A stretch of 64,000 nucleotides of DNA, from contig JAFRZM010000053.1 in assembly GCA_017442585.1 (NCBI GenBank), positions 27,012-91,011 of the forward strand. Reading direction: 5' to 3'. The notes under the pieces were generated by a model. That model was not told the origin of the DNA. It searched no databases and saw nothing but the letters and a program-made list of their open reading frames with translations. The position numbers and the translations under genes are program-made. Position 1 is the first letter of the stretch; the number at the start of each line of letters is the position of its first letter. Shown one piece after another: positions 11,142-20,443 of this stretch. The DNA is from Lachnospiraceae bacterium. Lineage in GTDB: Bacteria > Bacillota > Clostridia > Lachnospirales > Lachnospiraceae.

Positions 11142-12089
11142 ATGAAAAAAATATTGACCGGCCTTTTGGCAGTAGTTATGGCAGCGATGCTTTGCGCATG
11201 CGGAGCGACGAAAGACGGAGCAGCTTTGGAAGAAGCTTATAACGGTTCGGCTGATTACAGCGGATTTAACAGCGGTAGTGAATACGATAGCAAGAGCGAT
11301 ACTACCGGAGAGAATTCGGGAAGTGGCGAAACCGGAAATGTCGACTATCAGAAGAAACTTATTTTTACATATAATTTGTGCTTCCAGACAACGGATTACG
11401 ATAAGTCCTATGCTTATATAGAAAGTAAAGTTGCTGAATACGGTGGATATATCGAGTCATCTGATGAGTATGGTTCAGATCTTAAACATGCAAATCTGAC
11501 TCTTAGAATTCCTGCTGATAAGGCAGAAGAATTCTTAAAGGAAACAGGTTCTATCGGTACAGTTACGTCAAAGAGCAAGGCTGCACGCGATGTTACAAGA
11601 GATTATTATGATTTAAAATCACATATCGAGACATTGCAGACTAAGAGAGCGCGTCTTTTGGAGCTTTTGGAGCAGGCTGAATCTGTAGCAGATATCATGG
11701 AGATTGAAAGCCAGATTAGTGATTGCGAGTACGAGATTAATTCTTATACTCAAAGTTTGAAATTATACGATAATCTTGTTGATTATGTAACTATTTATAT
11801 GAGCCTTGATACGGTAAGAGATATTACTGTAGTTGATGAAGACAGCAGCATGGTACGTATTCAGAAGGGCTTTATGACAAACCTTCATGATGCGTGGGCA
11901 TTCCTTGTAGACGGAATTATATGGCTTATTACATCGATACCGTTTATCGTGCTTATGTGCTTCTTTGCGCTTATAATCTTCCTTATCATAAGATTGGTAT
12001 TACGAATTGAGAAGAGAAATAAGAAAAAGAGAGCCGATAAGAAAAGCGGCGAAGTTATAAACGTAAACAATACGGAAGAGCGTAAGTAA
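11142..12089 (+). CDS. DUF4349-type lipoprotein with C-terminal TM helix
   Basis: Lipobox LCACG, acidic linker, LRIPA and DVTRDYYD motifs, coiled coil, C-terminal hydrophobic helix. Confidence 0.75.
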   Translation: MKKILTGLLAVVMAAMLCACGATKDGAALEEAYNGSADYSGFNSGSEYDSKSDTTGENSGSGETGNVDYQKKLIFTYNLCFQTTDYDKSYAYIESKVAEYGGYIESSDEYGSDLKHANLTLRIPADKAEEFLKETGSIGTVTSKSKAARDVTRDYYDLKSHIETLQTKRARLLELLEQAESVADIMEIESQISDCEYEINSYTQSLKLYDNLVDYVTIYMSLDTVRDITVVDEDSSMVRIQKGFMTNLHDAWAFLVDGIIWLITSIPFIVLMCFFALIIFLIIRLVLRIEKRNKKKRADKKSGEVINVNNTEERK

Positions 12090-12110
12090 TTCTTTAAAGT
12101 TAGGAACAAT

Positions 12111-12773
12111 ATGGAAATCGTATACGAAGACGAATATCTTTATGTCATAAGAAAAGAAGCCGGAGAACCGGTGGAAACAAGAAGTATCGGAACAAAGGAC
12201 ATAGTTACGATGCTTAAGAACATAAGGGTTAAGAAAAAAGAGAATCCATATATCGGGGTCATCAACAGGCTGGATCAGCCTGTTGAGGGCCTTCTTTTAG
12301 TGGCAAAAGATAATAAGACGGCAGCAATGCTGTCGGAAGAATTAAAGAAACATGCCATAGATAAGCATTACTATGTGGTTTGTTACGGAATTCCTTCGGG
12401 AAACGAATACAGAGATTTTATAGATTTCGATAAGAAAAGTAATCTTTCTTTTGTAACGGATGGAAAATCCGGCAAAGAATCTTTGCTGGAGTTTAAAGTT
12501 ATTAAGACCTTTGAAGTTAATGAAGAAAAGGTTTCCTTGGTTGATATTAATCTTTTAACCGGTCGTCATCATCAGATAAGGGTTCAGTTCGCGAGTCACG
12601 GACATCCCCTTTTAGGTGACAGAAAATACGGTAACAAGGAAGGAAGCGACGCGAAAAATGTGGCGCTTTGTTCATATGAATTATCTTTTATACATCCCTA
12701 TAAAAATGAGCCTTTATGCTTTAAAATCAAGCCTTCCGGCAAAGCCTTTATGCCTTGCGAATATTCCTTTTAG
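12111..12773 (+). CDS. RluA-family pseudouridine synthase
   Basis: NRLDQPVEG catalytic motif, TGRHHQIRVQ, GDRKYG. Confidence 0.93.
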   Translation: MEIVYEDEYLYVIRKEAGEPVETRSIGTKDIVTMLKNIRVKKKENPYIGVINRLDQPVEGLLLVAKDNKTAAMLSEELKKHAIDKHYYVVCYGIPSGNEYRDFIDFDKKSNLSFVTDGKSGKESLLEFKVIKTFEVNEEKVSLVDINLLTGRHHQIRVQFASHGHPLLGDRKYGNKEGSDAKNVALCSYELSFIHPYKNEPLCFKIKPSGKAFMPCEYSF

Positions 12774-12824
12774 GTGTTAGAATAATATAGATTATTTGTA
12801 TGCCTTTAAGCAGGAGTAATTGTT

Positions 12825-14009
12825 ATGCAAAATAAGGGTAAGTCGACTATTAGAACCAAGGCGGGAACGCGTGCATTAGAGCGTCTTGCCATGGAAAATG
12901 TCAGAAGAGATTTCTTTTCTGCGTTGGGTTCTTTGGTTGTGTATTCTATATTATTTATACGATATTTATTCGCGGAGCTTTTTCCTATTAAGAACACTAT
13001 AGTTCTTGCGATAATGGTCGTGTATGTGGTAATGGATGTATGCTTTGCCGTAATTTCATATAAGAAAGTCGTAAGTCGCGATTCTTCAAGGAGCGGAGAA
13101 CTCAACAGGGTATTCTGGATTTCGAGATATGGTTTGGCTCTTATTTTCTCGCTTTATGCAAGCTCGAAGACGGGTGCGACACTTCTTATCTTAATGATAA
13201 TGCTGTCGTTTGCGCTTGTACCGCTTTTTGAACTAAAAGAAATCGTGGTTGCAACGGCATTGCAAGTTATAATGCTCGTGCTTCATTTCGCAATAAACAT
13301 GATCGATGCGGAGCGCTTTGTGACGGGGATTATCATACTTACGCTTTGTACGGTTATTTCAAGACAGGCGTATTATGCGGCACTTCGTCGTGAAATGGAT
13401 GCCGGCGAGATAAGTGACGTTAAAAATCTTGCTGATACAGATCCGATGACGGGATTACTTAATAGACGTGGTTTAGAGCGCAGAATTATGCAGCTTTGGC
13501 CTATGTGCATAAGAGAGAAGTTATCGGTTGCGGTAATGATGATCGACATCGATAATTTCAAGAAATATAACGATACGTTCGGACACCCCGAGGGCGACGA
13601 GTGTATCAAGATGATAGCGAAGTGTTTGAAGGAAAATATAAGACGTCGTACGGATTATATAGCTCGTGTCGGCGGCGAGGAATTCTTGATTGTTTTGACG
13701 GACGTAACAAGACAGGGTGCGATTGACGTGGCAACAGCTTGCAAGACGTCTGTGGAAGAGGCAAGACGACCCCATTCGAAGGACAATTTCCTTCCGTACG
13801 TAAGTATAAGTACGGGATTAAGCTTTGCATCGCCTGTAGTCCCCGGCAAGGAGTTTTGGGAATTGAGAAATGATGCGGATAAGCAGTTGTATACTGCCAA
13901 AGAAAACGGCAAGGCCTGCGTATATATTGAAGGCGAGTGCTTTGCAAAGACGGAACCTTTAAGATTTAACAGGCAGTATGAGAAAGAAAGATTGTTCCAT
14001 CAGATTTAA
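12825..14009 (+). CDS. Membrane-bound diguanylate cyclase
   Basis: Multiple TM helices, DPMTGLLNRR, DIDNFKKYNDTFGH, GGEEF active site with an RxxD I-site (RRTD). Confidence 0.92.
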   Translation: MQNKGKSTIRTKAGTRALERLAMENVRRDFFSALGSLVVYSILFIRYLFAELFPIKNTIVLAIMVVYVVMDVCFAVISYKKVVSRDSSRSGELNRVFWISRYGLALIFSLYASSKTGATLLILMIMLSFALVPLFELKEIVVATALQVIMLVLHFAINMIDAERFVTGIIILTLCTVISRQAYYAALRREMDAGEISDVKNLADTDPMTGLLNRRGLERRIMQLWPMCIREKLSVAVMMIDIDNFKKYNDTFGHPEGDECIKMIAKCLKENIRRRTDYIARVGGEEFLIVLTDVTRQGAIDVATACKTSVEEARRPHSKDNFLPYVSISTGLSFASPVVPGKEFWELRNDADKQLYTAKENGKACVYIEGECFAKTEPLRFNRQYEKERLFHQI

Positions 14010-14042
14010 GGATGAATATTATAAGTAAAGGATGAGATAGAT

Positions 14043-15482
14043 ATGGCAAGAGATAAGAAAATGGTAGAATCGATCACATCTATGGATGTCGATTTTGCGC
14101 AGTGGTACACAGACGTTGTAAAGAATGCTGAATTAACGGATTATACAAGCGTTAAGGGTTGTATGGTAATTAAGCCTTACGGTTACGCAATCTGGGAGAA
14201 CATCCAGCATGAACTTGATAAGAGATTTAAAGAAACAGGCGTAGAAAATGTTTACATGCCGATGTTTATACCTGAGTCACTTCTTCAGAAGGAAAAAGAT
14301 CACGTTGAAGGATTCGCTCCTGAAGTTGCGTGGGTTACACATGGTGGGCTTGAACCGTTGCAGGAGCGTCTTTGCGTACGCCCTACATCAGAGACTTTAT
14401 TCTGTGATTTTTATAAAGATGCAATTCAGTCATACAGAGACCTCCCAAAGGTTTATAACCAGTGGTGCTCAGTTGTAAGATGGGAGAAGACAACACGTCC
14501 TTTCCTTCGTTCAAGAGAGTTCTTATGGCAGGAAGGCCATACGGCACATGCAACAGCAGAGGATGCTGAAGCAAGAACAGTTCAGATGCTTAATGTATAT
14601 GCTGACTTTGTTGAAGAGTTTTTGGCAATCCCGGTAATCAAGGGTAGAAAGACAGATAAAGAAAAGTTTGCCGGAGCAGAGGCAACTTATACTATAGAAG
14701 CTATGATGCATGACGGTAAGGCATTGCAGTCAGGTACAAGCCATAACTTCGGTGACGGCTTCGCTAAGGCATTCGGTATCCAGTTTACAGATAAGGACAA
14801 TCAGCTCCACTATGTAAACCAGACATCTTGGGGATTATCAACAAGACTTATCGGTGCAATCATCATGGTTCATGGTGATGATGAAGGTCTGGTTCTCCCG
14901 CCTTACGTTGCTCCGACACAGGTTATGGTTATTCCGATAAGACAGGATAGCGAAGGCGTTCTTGATAAGGCTAATGGAATTAAGGATGCGTTAAAGGCAG
15001 CAGGTCTTCGCGTGAAGATTGATGATTCCGAGAAGAGTCCCGGATGGAAGTTCTCCGATCAGGAAATGCGCGGTATTCCGGTACGTATCGAAATCGGGCC
15101 GAAGGATATCGAGAACGGTACATGTATCGTTGCTCGCCGTGATACACACGAGAAGCAGACTGTTGCGATCGATGAATTGGTAAATGTAATTCCTGGACTT
15201 TTGGATGCAATCCAGCATGATATGTTTGAGCGTGCAAAAGCACACAGAGATTCAAGCATGTATGAAGCTACGGATTACGAAGAGTTCAAGAAGACTATAG
15301 ATGAGAAGCCTGGATTCGTACGCGCTATGTGGTGCGGCGATGAGGCTTGCGAAATCAAGATTAAAGAAGATACGACAGCAACAAGCCGTTGCATGCCGTT
15401 TGATGCAAAGAATATCTCCGATAAGTGCGTATGCTGCGGTAAACCGGCTAAGCACTTGGTAATCTGGGGTAAGGCATATTAA
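14043..15482 (+). CDS. proS: Proline--tRNA ligase (archaeal/eukaryote-like short type)
   Basis: [27 protein letters not shown], cysteine-rich C-terminus ending GKAY; no INS editing domain. Confidence 0.97.
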   Translation: MARDKKMVESITSMDVDFAQWYTDVVKNAELTDYTSVKGCMVIKPYGYAIWENIQHELDKRFKETGVENVYMPMFIPESLLQKEKDHVEGFAPEVAWVTHGGLEPLQERLCVRPTSETLFCDFYKDAIQSYRDLPKVYNQWCSVVRWEKTTRPFLRSREFLWQEGHTAHATAEDAEARTVQMLNVYADFVEEFLAIPVIKGRKTDKEKFAGAEATYTIEAMMHDGKALQSGTSHNFGDGFAKAFGIQFTDKDNQLHYVNQTSWGLSTRLIGAIIMVHGDDEGLVLPPYVAPTQVMVIPIRQDSEGVLDKANGIKDALKAAGLRVKIDDSEKSPGWKFSDQEMRGIPVRIEIGPKDIENGTCIVARRDTHEKQTVAIDELVNVIPGLLDAIQHDMFERAKAHRDSSMYEATDYEEFKKTIDEKPGFVRAMWCGDEACEIKIKEDTTATSRCMPFDAKNISDKCVCCGKPAKHLVIWGKAY

Positions 15483-15500
15483 AATAATGATTTTTAAAAG

Positions 15501-15535
15501 AGCAGGATTGGAAAATCAATCCTGCTTTTGTTTTT
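15501..15535 (+). terminator. Rho-independent terminator after proS
   Basis: AGCAGGATTG/CAATCCTGCT 10-bp stem followed by a T-rich tract. Confidence 0.88.
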
Positions 15536-15663
15536 CAATTAGTCTCGGTGGATGAAATGATTCCCGTGACACTCGGAAGTAACGAAGCCGTTTACTTTGG
15601 GTAATTGGGTGTGATATCATAAAAATGATGACGTGATAAATTGGGAGGTGTGGAGAATATAAA

Positions 15664-16041
15664 ATGGGATTCTGGATTTTTATGATGATAATGGAATTAC
15701 TTATTCCGATTATTATGGTTGCATTTGGAAAAGTTTTTATGAAAAGACCGCCGAGCACAATTAATTTTGCTTATGGTTATCGGACTAAACGTTCGATGAA
15801 GAATATGGATACGTGGATTTTTGCACATAAGTATTTTGGTAAGATATGGTATATCAGCGGTTTGGTATTACTCCCCGTCTCGGTAATTCCAATGATTCTT
15901 GTAGTGGGGAAAGAACCTGGGATTGTCGGTAGTGTTGGAGGAATCGTTAATTTCGTGCAGTTGATTTTGCTTATTGGAGCGATAATTCCAACAGAGTATG
16001 CTTTATCAAAAAGGTTTGATTGTGAGGGTAATGCTCGATAA
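15664..16041 (+). CDS. SdpI/YhfL-family membrane (immunity-like) protein
   Basis: Hydrophobic 125 aa with IN..YGYRT..SM....W motif. Confidence 0.8.
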   Translation: MGFWIFMMIMELLIPIIMVAFGKVFMKRPPSTINFAYGYRTKRSMKNMDTWIFAHKYFGKIWYISGLVLLPVSVIPMILVVGKEPGIVGSVGGIVNFVQLILLIGAIIPTEYALSKRFDCEGNAR

Positions 16042-16090
16042 TTTTGAGTTTGTGAAGACGGGCGCTTTTGCCTGGGAAGGTTGTTTAAAT

Positions 16091-16579
16091 ATGGAATTAG
16101 TTAGGGTAAGCAGAGAAAATGTGGATGCGATAGCGCCTCTAGTGGCATTATTTAGAATGCAGTTAAAGTTATATAAAGGGATTAAATCTGAGCCGGATAA
16201 TGAAGCAGGAAAGGAAGAGTTGCTTGAGTTTCTGGATTCGGATTTTCCGGTTTATGCCGTAAAAGATAATGGCGTTTTTGCTGGATACATAGTATGTAGG
16301 ATTGATGAGCCATGTTTGTGGGTTGAGCATATTTTTGTAAAGGAAGAGTATCGAAGAAGAGGTGTCGCGACGTTGCTTTTTAATAAGGCGGAAGAAATTG
16401 CGGCTTCTATGGGAGAAGATACCGTATATAATTTTGTTCATCCGAATAATGAAAATATGATTCAATTCCTTCGCACAAAGGGTTATACCGTTTTGAATAT
16501 GCTGGAAATTAGAAAACCTTACGAGGGCGAAAAACTGATGACGACCATTCGCGTTGAGAATGAGATTTTTGATTATTAA
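16091..16579 (+). CDS. GNAT acetyltransferase
   Basis: IFVKEEYRRRGVA acetyl-CoA loop; start placed at ATG 16091 after GGAAGG. Confidence 0.85.
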   Translation: MELVRVSRENVDAIAPLVALFRMQLKLYKGIKSEPDNEAGKEELLEFLDSDFPVYAVKDNGVFAGYIVCRIDEPCLWVEHIFVKEEYRRRGVATLLFNKAEEIAASMGEDTVYNFVHPNNENMIQFLRTKGYTVLNMLEIRKPYEGEKLMTTIRVENEIFDY

Positions 16580-16818
16580 CGTTGGAACATAGTGAGTTTA
16601 TGGTCGAGAAGTGTGGACAGGAAAAAGTTCAGAGAAATGCAGAGTTTAGACTATTTTCCCGAGGTCGGGAAATTGGTAGAGCGTGTTGAAATGAACGCAA
16701 GAATCGCCATATGCATATATGGCGGGGAAAAACGACACATTGAACAGCACTTTGCACAGCACATTGAATAAGAAAATACTATTTTTTATAAGAGATATAA
16801 CTATATAGGGAGACAGTA

Positions 16819-17403
16819 TTGATGGAACTTGCTTTGGATGAGATTATTCTTCGTGATTATCGACTTTCTGATGTAGAAGATGAAGTCCGGTGGACAAATG
16901 TAGACACTGCGTGGTTTTGTACGACTACCCCTTGGATGGAAATGACGCCGGTGGATCCACAAGAGCTACGTGCAGATATGGCAGAAGTTATTTCTGAAAT
17001 GACGGAAGATAAGATACGGATGCGCTTTGAAATAGAGGTGGTGGGGCGTCATATAGGAACAATGTCATCTTATTATCTGAGCGAAGACTTTGAGTCAATG
17101 CCATATGAAAAGATTGATTACAGTAAGAACGCGGAAGAAAATCACGCAGTTCGTGCGCTTGGAATCGAGATATGCGAGATGGATTATTGGGGAAAAGGAC
17201 TTGGCGCAAAGGCATTGACCTGTGTTATGGATTATTATCGTGATTTCGGTGAGCATCGCTTTATCCTAGAAACGTGGACAGGGAATACACGGATGCTCGG
17301 CTGTGCAAAAAAGTTAGGCTTTAAAGAAGTGCTGCGCAGAAAAGATGCATATACGGTCAACGGTAAGCAGTATGATGAGGTTGTGCTTGAAAAAGTGAGC
17401 TAA
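16819..17403 (+). CDS. GNAT acetyltransferase (RimJ/RimL-like)
   Basis: GIEICEMDYWGKGLG, ETWTGNTRM, KKLGF motifs. Confidence 0.85.
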   Translation: MMELALDEIILRDYRLSDVEDEVRWTNVDTAWFCTTTPWMEMTPVDPQELRADMAEVISEMTEDKIRMRFEIEVVGRHIGTMSSYYLSEDFESMPYEKIDYSKNAEENHAVRALGIEICEMDYWGKGLGAKALTCVMDYYRDFGEHRFILETWTGNTRMLGCAKKLGFKEVLRRKDAYTVNGKQYDEVVLEKVS

Positions 17404-17445
17404 TAAGTTTGTAAATGTGATTGTGTTAACTGAGGAATATTAAAT

Positions 17446-17979
17446 ATGGAAAACATGAAATTTATAGAACCCACATTTGAATATGCGGAGCAGGTGCGCG
17501 CATATAGACAGGAACTCTTGGATGCAGGCAGTTCCATGGATGGCACGGGAGCACTTAGGCGTATGGAAGACCCTAAAGAGTGGATTGAGTACTGCATTAA
17601 GGGTAAGAAAAAGGATACACAGCCGGAAGGAAGAGTTCCTGCAACGCAGTATATTTTCGTTCGCGAAAGCGACAATAAAATAGTCGGAATGCTTCAGATA
17701 AGGCATTACCTTAACGAGTTTTTGGAAAAGTATGCCGGCCATATAGGATATTCCGTTGCGCCGAGCGAACGCCGTAAAGGTTATGCCACAAAAATGCTCG
17801 AGATCGGCTTAACGAAATGTAAAGACCTGGGGATTCATAAAGTACTTATATCCTGCATCGACGATAACGTAGGTAGTAGAAGGACAATCCTTAAGAATGG
17901 CGGAGTATATGAATCCACAGTTTACGAACCCGGCGAAGGCGTAAACTTAGAAAGATATTGGATAGATTTACAAGATTGA
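17446..17979 (+). CDS. GNAT acetyltransferase
   Basis: GHIGYSVAPSERRKGYA, NVGSRRTILKNGG, ERYWI. Confidence 0.88.
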   Translation: MENMKFIEPTFEYAEQVRAYRQELLDAGSSMDGTGALRRMEDPKEWIEYCIKGKKKDTQPEGRVPATQYIFVRESDNKIVGMLQIRHYLNEFLEKYAGHIGYSVAPSERRKGYATKMLEIGLTKCKDLGIHKVLISCIDDNVGSRRTILKNGGVYESTVYEPGEGVNLERYWIDLQD

Positions 17980-18046
17980 GTTAAGAGAATCACCTTGTTC
18001 GTGCTTGCAGTGAGTAATATAGCAATTGTATAAAGGGGGTATCGAA

Positions 18047-18718
18047 ATGGATATTGATAAGATTAGAGCGGAAGTAGCAGAAAAATTCGTAAATGAGTTC
18101 ACGTGTGAGAAAATTAAGGAAGACGAGTATTCTTCGTTTTCATATCCGAAGTTAATAAAGATGATGAAATTTGATACGATAAGGCATAAAGTAGAAGGCT
18201 TCGGTCATATTATGAGCATGCGTACCAAAGGCCCTTTCGGGATGAGACTCCTTACAATGTCGTTTATGCCGTATGAAGGCGGAAACGTGCCGTATCTTCT
18301 TATCGATATGATGACAGTAGGCAAGAAGATAACCGTATTCGTAGAGTATTACGACTGTACGGAGGAAAAAGCCCCTAAAGATGAACTTTTAAGAATTAAA
18401 GAAAGATACGATCATCTTACGGAATACGATGAAAAGCCAAAGTGGTACGTACCGATGCGCACACCGTATTCCTTGATAAAGTGTGGCGTAAAAGAAGAAG
18501 GGAAGAGCTTTTGCGATATGATATGTGATTCCGTCGATGCATACATAAAAGAGATAAAAGCGTCGGGATTAAGCGATACTAACATCCCGGGCCTTTCAGC
18601 ATTTAGAGACAGAATGATAAACGAAGGCAATCCGTCTTCAAGCATATTGGAAAAAGTCTTCGGCAAAGAAGGTGCAGAGAAGTTTTTCAAAGAGTGCGTA
18701 ATGCCGCTTAAGAAATAG
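18047..18718 (+). CDS. Hypothetical protein resembling the ferredoxin-dependent bilin reductase / red chlorophyll catabolite reductase fold
   Basis: By-eye match to PcyA/PebA-type motifs: FMP....VPYLLIDMM, W....TPYSLI, C-terminal NPSSSILEKVFGKEGAEKFFKECVMP; ATG 18047 after GGGGG SD. Confidence 0.6.
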   Translation: MDIDKIRAEVAEKFVNEFTCEKIKEDEYSSFSYPKLIKMMKFDTIRHKVEGFGHIMSMRTKGPFGMRLLTMSFMPYEGGNVPYLLIDMMTVGKKITVFVEYYDCTEEKAPKDELLRIKERYDHLTEYDEKPKWYVPMRTPYSLIKCGVKEEGKSFCDMICDSVDAYIKEIKASGLSDTNIPGLSAFRDRMINEGNPSSSILEKVFGKEGAEKFFKECVMPLKK

Positions 18719-18828
18719 AACATAAGAACATAAGGGTAACTGTATGAATTAATGGACTGACCTTGAGTTAGGCTTAGGATGTAGCGTGATTAAGGCTATT
18801 TGATTATTTTGAATCGGAGGTGGCTTTT

Positions 18829-19095
18829 ATGATGTTAGATCCAAGGTCTTATGTCGATGAGTTCAGGAAGGCGTCATTTGAGAAATTAGTAAAGGAACGC
18901 GAGAGACTTTACAAGGAAATTAAGGCTATTGAGAGTGTGGCATTCGAAAAGGAACGTACGAGCAATGCGTGGCTTGTCTGCCCCGGCCCTGATGTAAAGT
19001 ACCAGGTGTATTTGCAGTATTTGGCAGCACTAAGCGAGTTCATGGCTGAGAAGTATAGACAGGAAAAAGTTTGGGGAGAAGGTGAGTTGAAATGA
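18829..19095 (+). CDS. Small hypothetical protein, translationally coupled to the downstream hydrolase
   Basis: GGAGG SD before ATG 18829; stop overlaps the next ATG (ATGA). Confidence 0.75.
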   Translation: MMLDPRSYVDEFRKASFEKLVKERERLYKEIKAIESVAFEKERTSNAWLVCPGPDVKYQVYLQYLAALSEFMAEKYRQEKVWGEGELK

Positions 19096-19877
19096 TTGGA
19101 GCTATTCTTGGCGATATGGTTGGTAGCCCATATGAATTTGATAGGGGTGCGAAGGTAAAAGATTTTGGCCCATTATTTATAAAAGAATCAACGTACACAG
19201 ATGATTCCGTAATGACAATTGCAGTTGCCGAAGCATTGATGAATGTGAGTCGTGGCGCAGATGATGAAACAATTAAAAACGAAGTTATCAAATCAATGAG
19301 AGCTTGGGGAAGAAAATATCCCAATGCAGGTTATGGCGGAAAGTTCCGCCAATGGCTTTCGCGGGAAGGCTATGGCCCATACGGTAGCTGGGGCAACGGA
19401 TCGGCTATGAGAGTTTCTGCTGTAGGCTGGTTATATGATTCGTTGGAGCGCACGCGCGAAGTCGCAAGATTTACCGCGGAAGTAACGCATAATCATCCGG
19501 AAGGAATTAAGGGAGCAGAAGCTACAGCATCTGCAATATATATGGCACGTACCGGTAAGTCAAAGAAAGAGATTAAGGATTATATCGTTTCGGAATTTGG
19601 TTATAATCTTTCAAGAACCTTAGACGAAATCCGCCCGAACTATCATCATGTCGAAAGCTGTCAGGAAACAGTCCCCGAAGCAATTACAGCATTCTTAGAG
19701 GGCAATGATTTTGAAGACGTCGTAAGAAACGCAGTATCACTCGGTGGCGACTGCGATACGCTTACCTGCATCGCAGCTTCGATAGCGGAAGGCTTCTATG
19801 GCGTACCGGAGGAGTACCGGAAGGAAGTTTTAAATAGACTTGAAGATGATATGATTGCGGTATTGAAGAAGCTGTGA
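19092..19877 (+). CDS. ADP-ribosylglycohydrolase (DraG/ARH family)
   Basis: GAILGD, YTDDSVM, GNGSAMR, THNHP, GGDCDT metal-binding motifs. Confidence 0.93.
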   Translation: MIGAILGDMVGSPYEFDRGAKVKDFGPLFIKESTYTDDSVMTIAVAEALMNVSRGADDETIKNEVIKSMRAWGRKYPNAGYGGKFRQWLSREGYGPYGSWGNGSAMRVSAVGWLYDSLERTREVARFTAEVTHNHPEGIKGAEATASAIYMARTGKSKKEIKDYIVSEFGYNLSRTLDEIRPNYHHVESCQETVPEAITAFLEGNDFEDVVRNAVSLGGDCDTLTCIAASIAEGFYGVPEEYRKEVLNRLEDDMIAVLKKL

Positions 19878-20014
19878 GGGACGGCCGAAATGTCTGCAGA
19901 GAAAAAATGCGGATAGCCGCAAATTTTTAATGAAAAGATTGCTTTAAAAATTGGATATAACTTGTTTACAGGGTTGCGGTATGTGGGCGTTTGGTAAAAA
20001 ATGAGCGGGAGTTA

Positions 20015-20101
20015 TGTCATTAATAACATATTTTGATGCAATATGTTATTAATGACAATTTTGTTTGAATTTACGGGATAATATGTTATACTTAACATAT
20101 T
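20015..20101. promoter_or_regulatory. Operator array and promoter of the XRE-ATPase-TOPRIM operon
   Basis: Perfect 18-bp inverted repeat (20015-20032/20040-20057) and a 9-bp inverted repeat (20080-20088/20093-20101) share the half-site AATATGTTA; extended -10 TGtTATACT at 20084-20092. Confidence 0.75.
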
Positions 20102-20114
20102 GGAGGCGATAAAT

Positions 20115-20432
20115 ATGAGTGCTAATAAGATTGATAAAATATTTGAGCAGATAGATAAATTAAATAAACCTAATTCAGAGCAAGAAGCTTTACCGGCCGC
20201 TAAAACAAATGGTATATCGCGTAGTGTTCTAAACGAGATTTCGTCGGAAATACAAAGAATATTGGATGAAAACGGTTTTACGCAAGAGGATTTGTGTAGA
20301 ATAACGGGTATGTCACAATCTAATATAAGTAAGATACTTAACGGCAAAGTGGCGCCAAGGATAGATACATTACAAAAGATAGCGGAATCAACACATACAA
20401 AATTAGTGATAAGTTTTGAAAGTAATGATTAA
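20115..20432 (+). CDS. XRE-family HTH transcriptional regulator
   Basis: FTQEDLCRITGMSQSNISKILNG..PRIDTLQKIA; GGAGG SD before ATG 20115. Confidence 0.92.
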   Translation: MSANKIDKIFEQIDKLNKPNSEQEALPAAKTNGISRSVLNEISSEIQRILDENGFTQEDLCRITGMSQSNISKILNGKVAPRIDTLQKIAESTHTKLVISFESND

Positions 20433-20443
20433 GGGGATTAAAT

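Noticed and set aside
14010-14042. T-box leader for proS (and likewise for leuS at 59804-59856)
   Set aside because: The intergenic gaps are too short for a T-box and no AGGGTGGNACCGCG motif was seen.
16580-16771. 63-codon open frame continuing in frame after the GNAT stop (possible read-through)
   Set aside because: The GNAT ends at a natural-looking C-terminus; the extension has no SD or motif and contains short repeats and a hairpin; chance is plausible.
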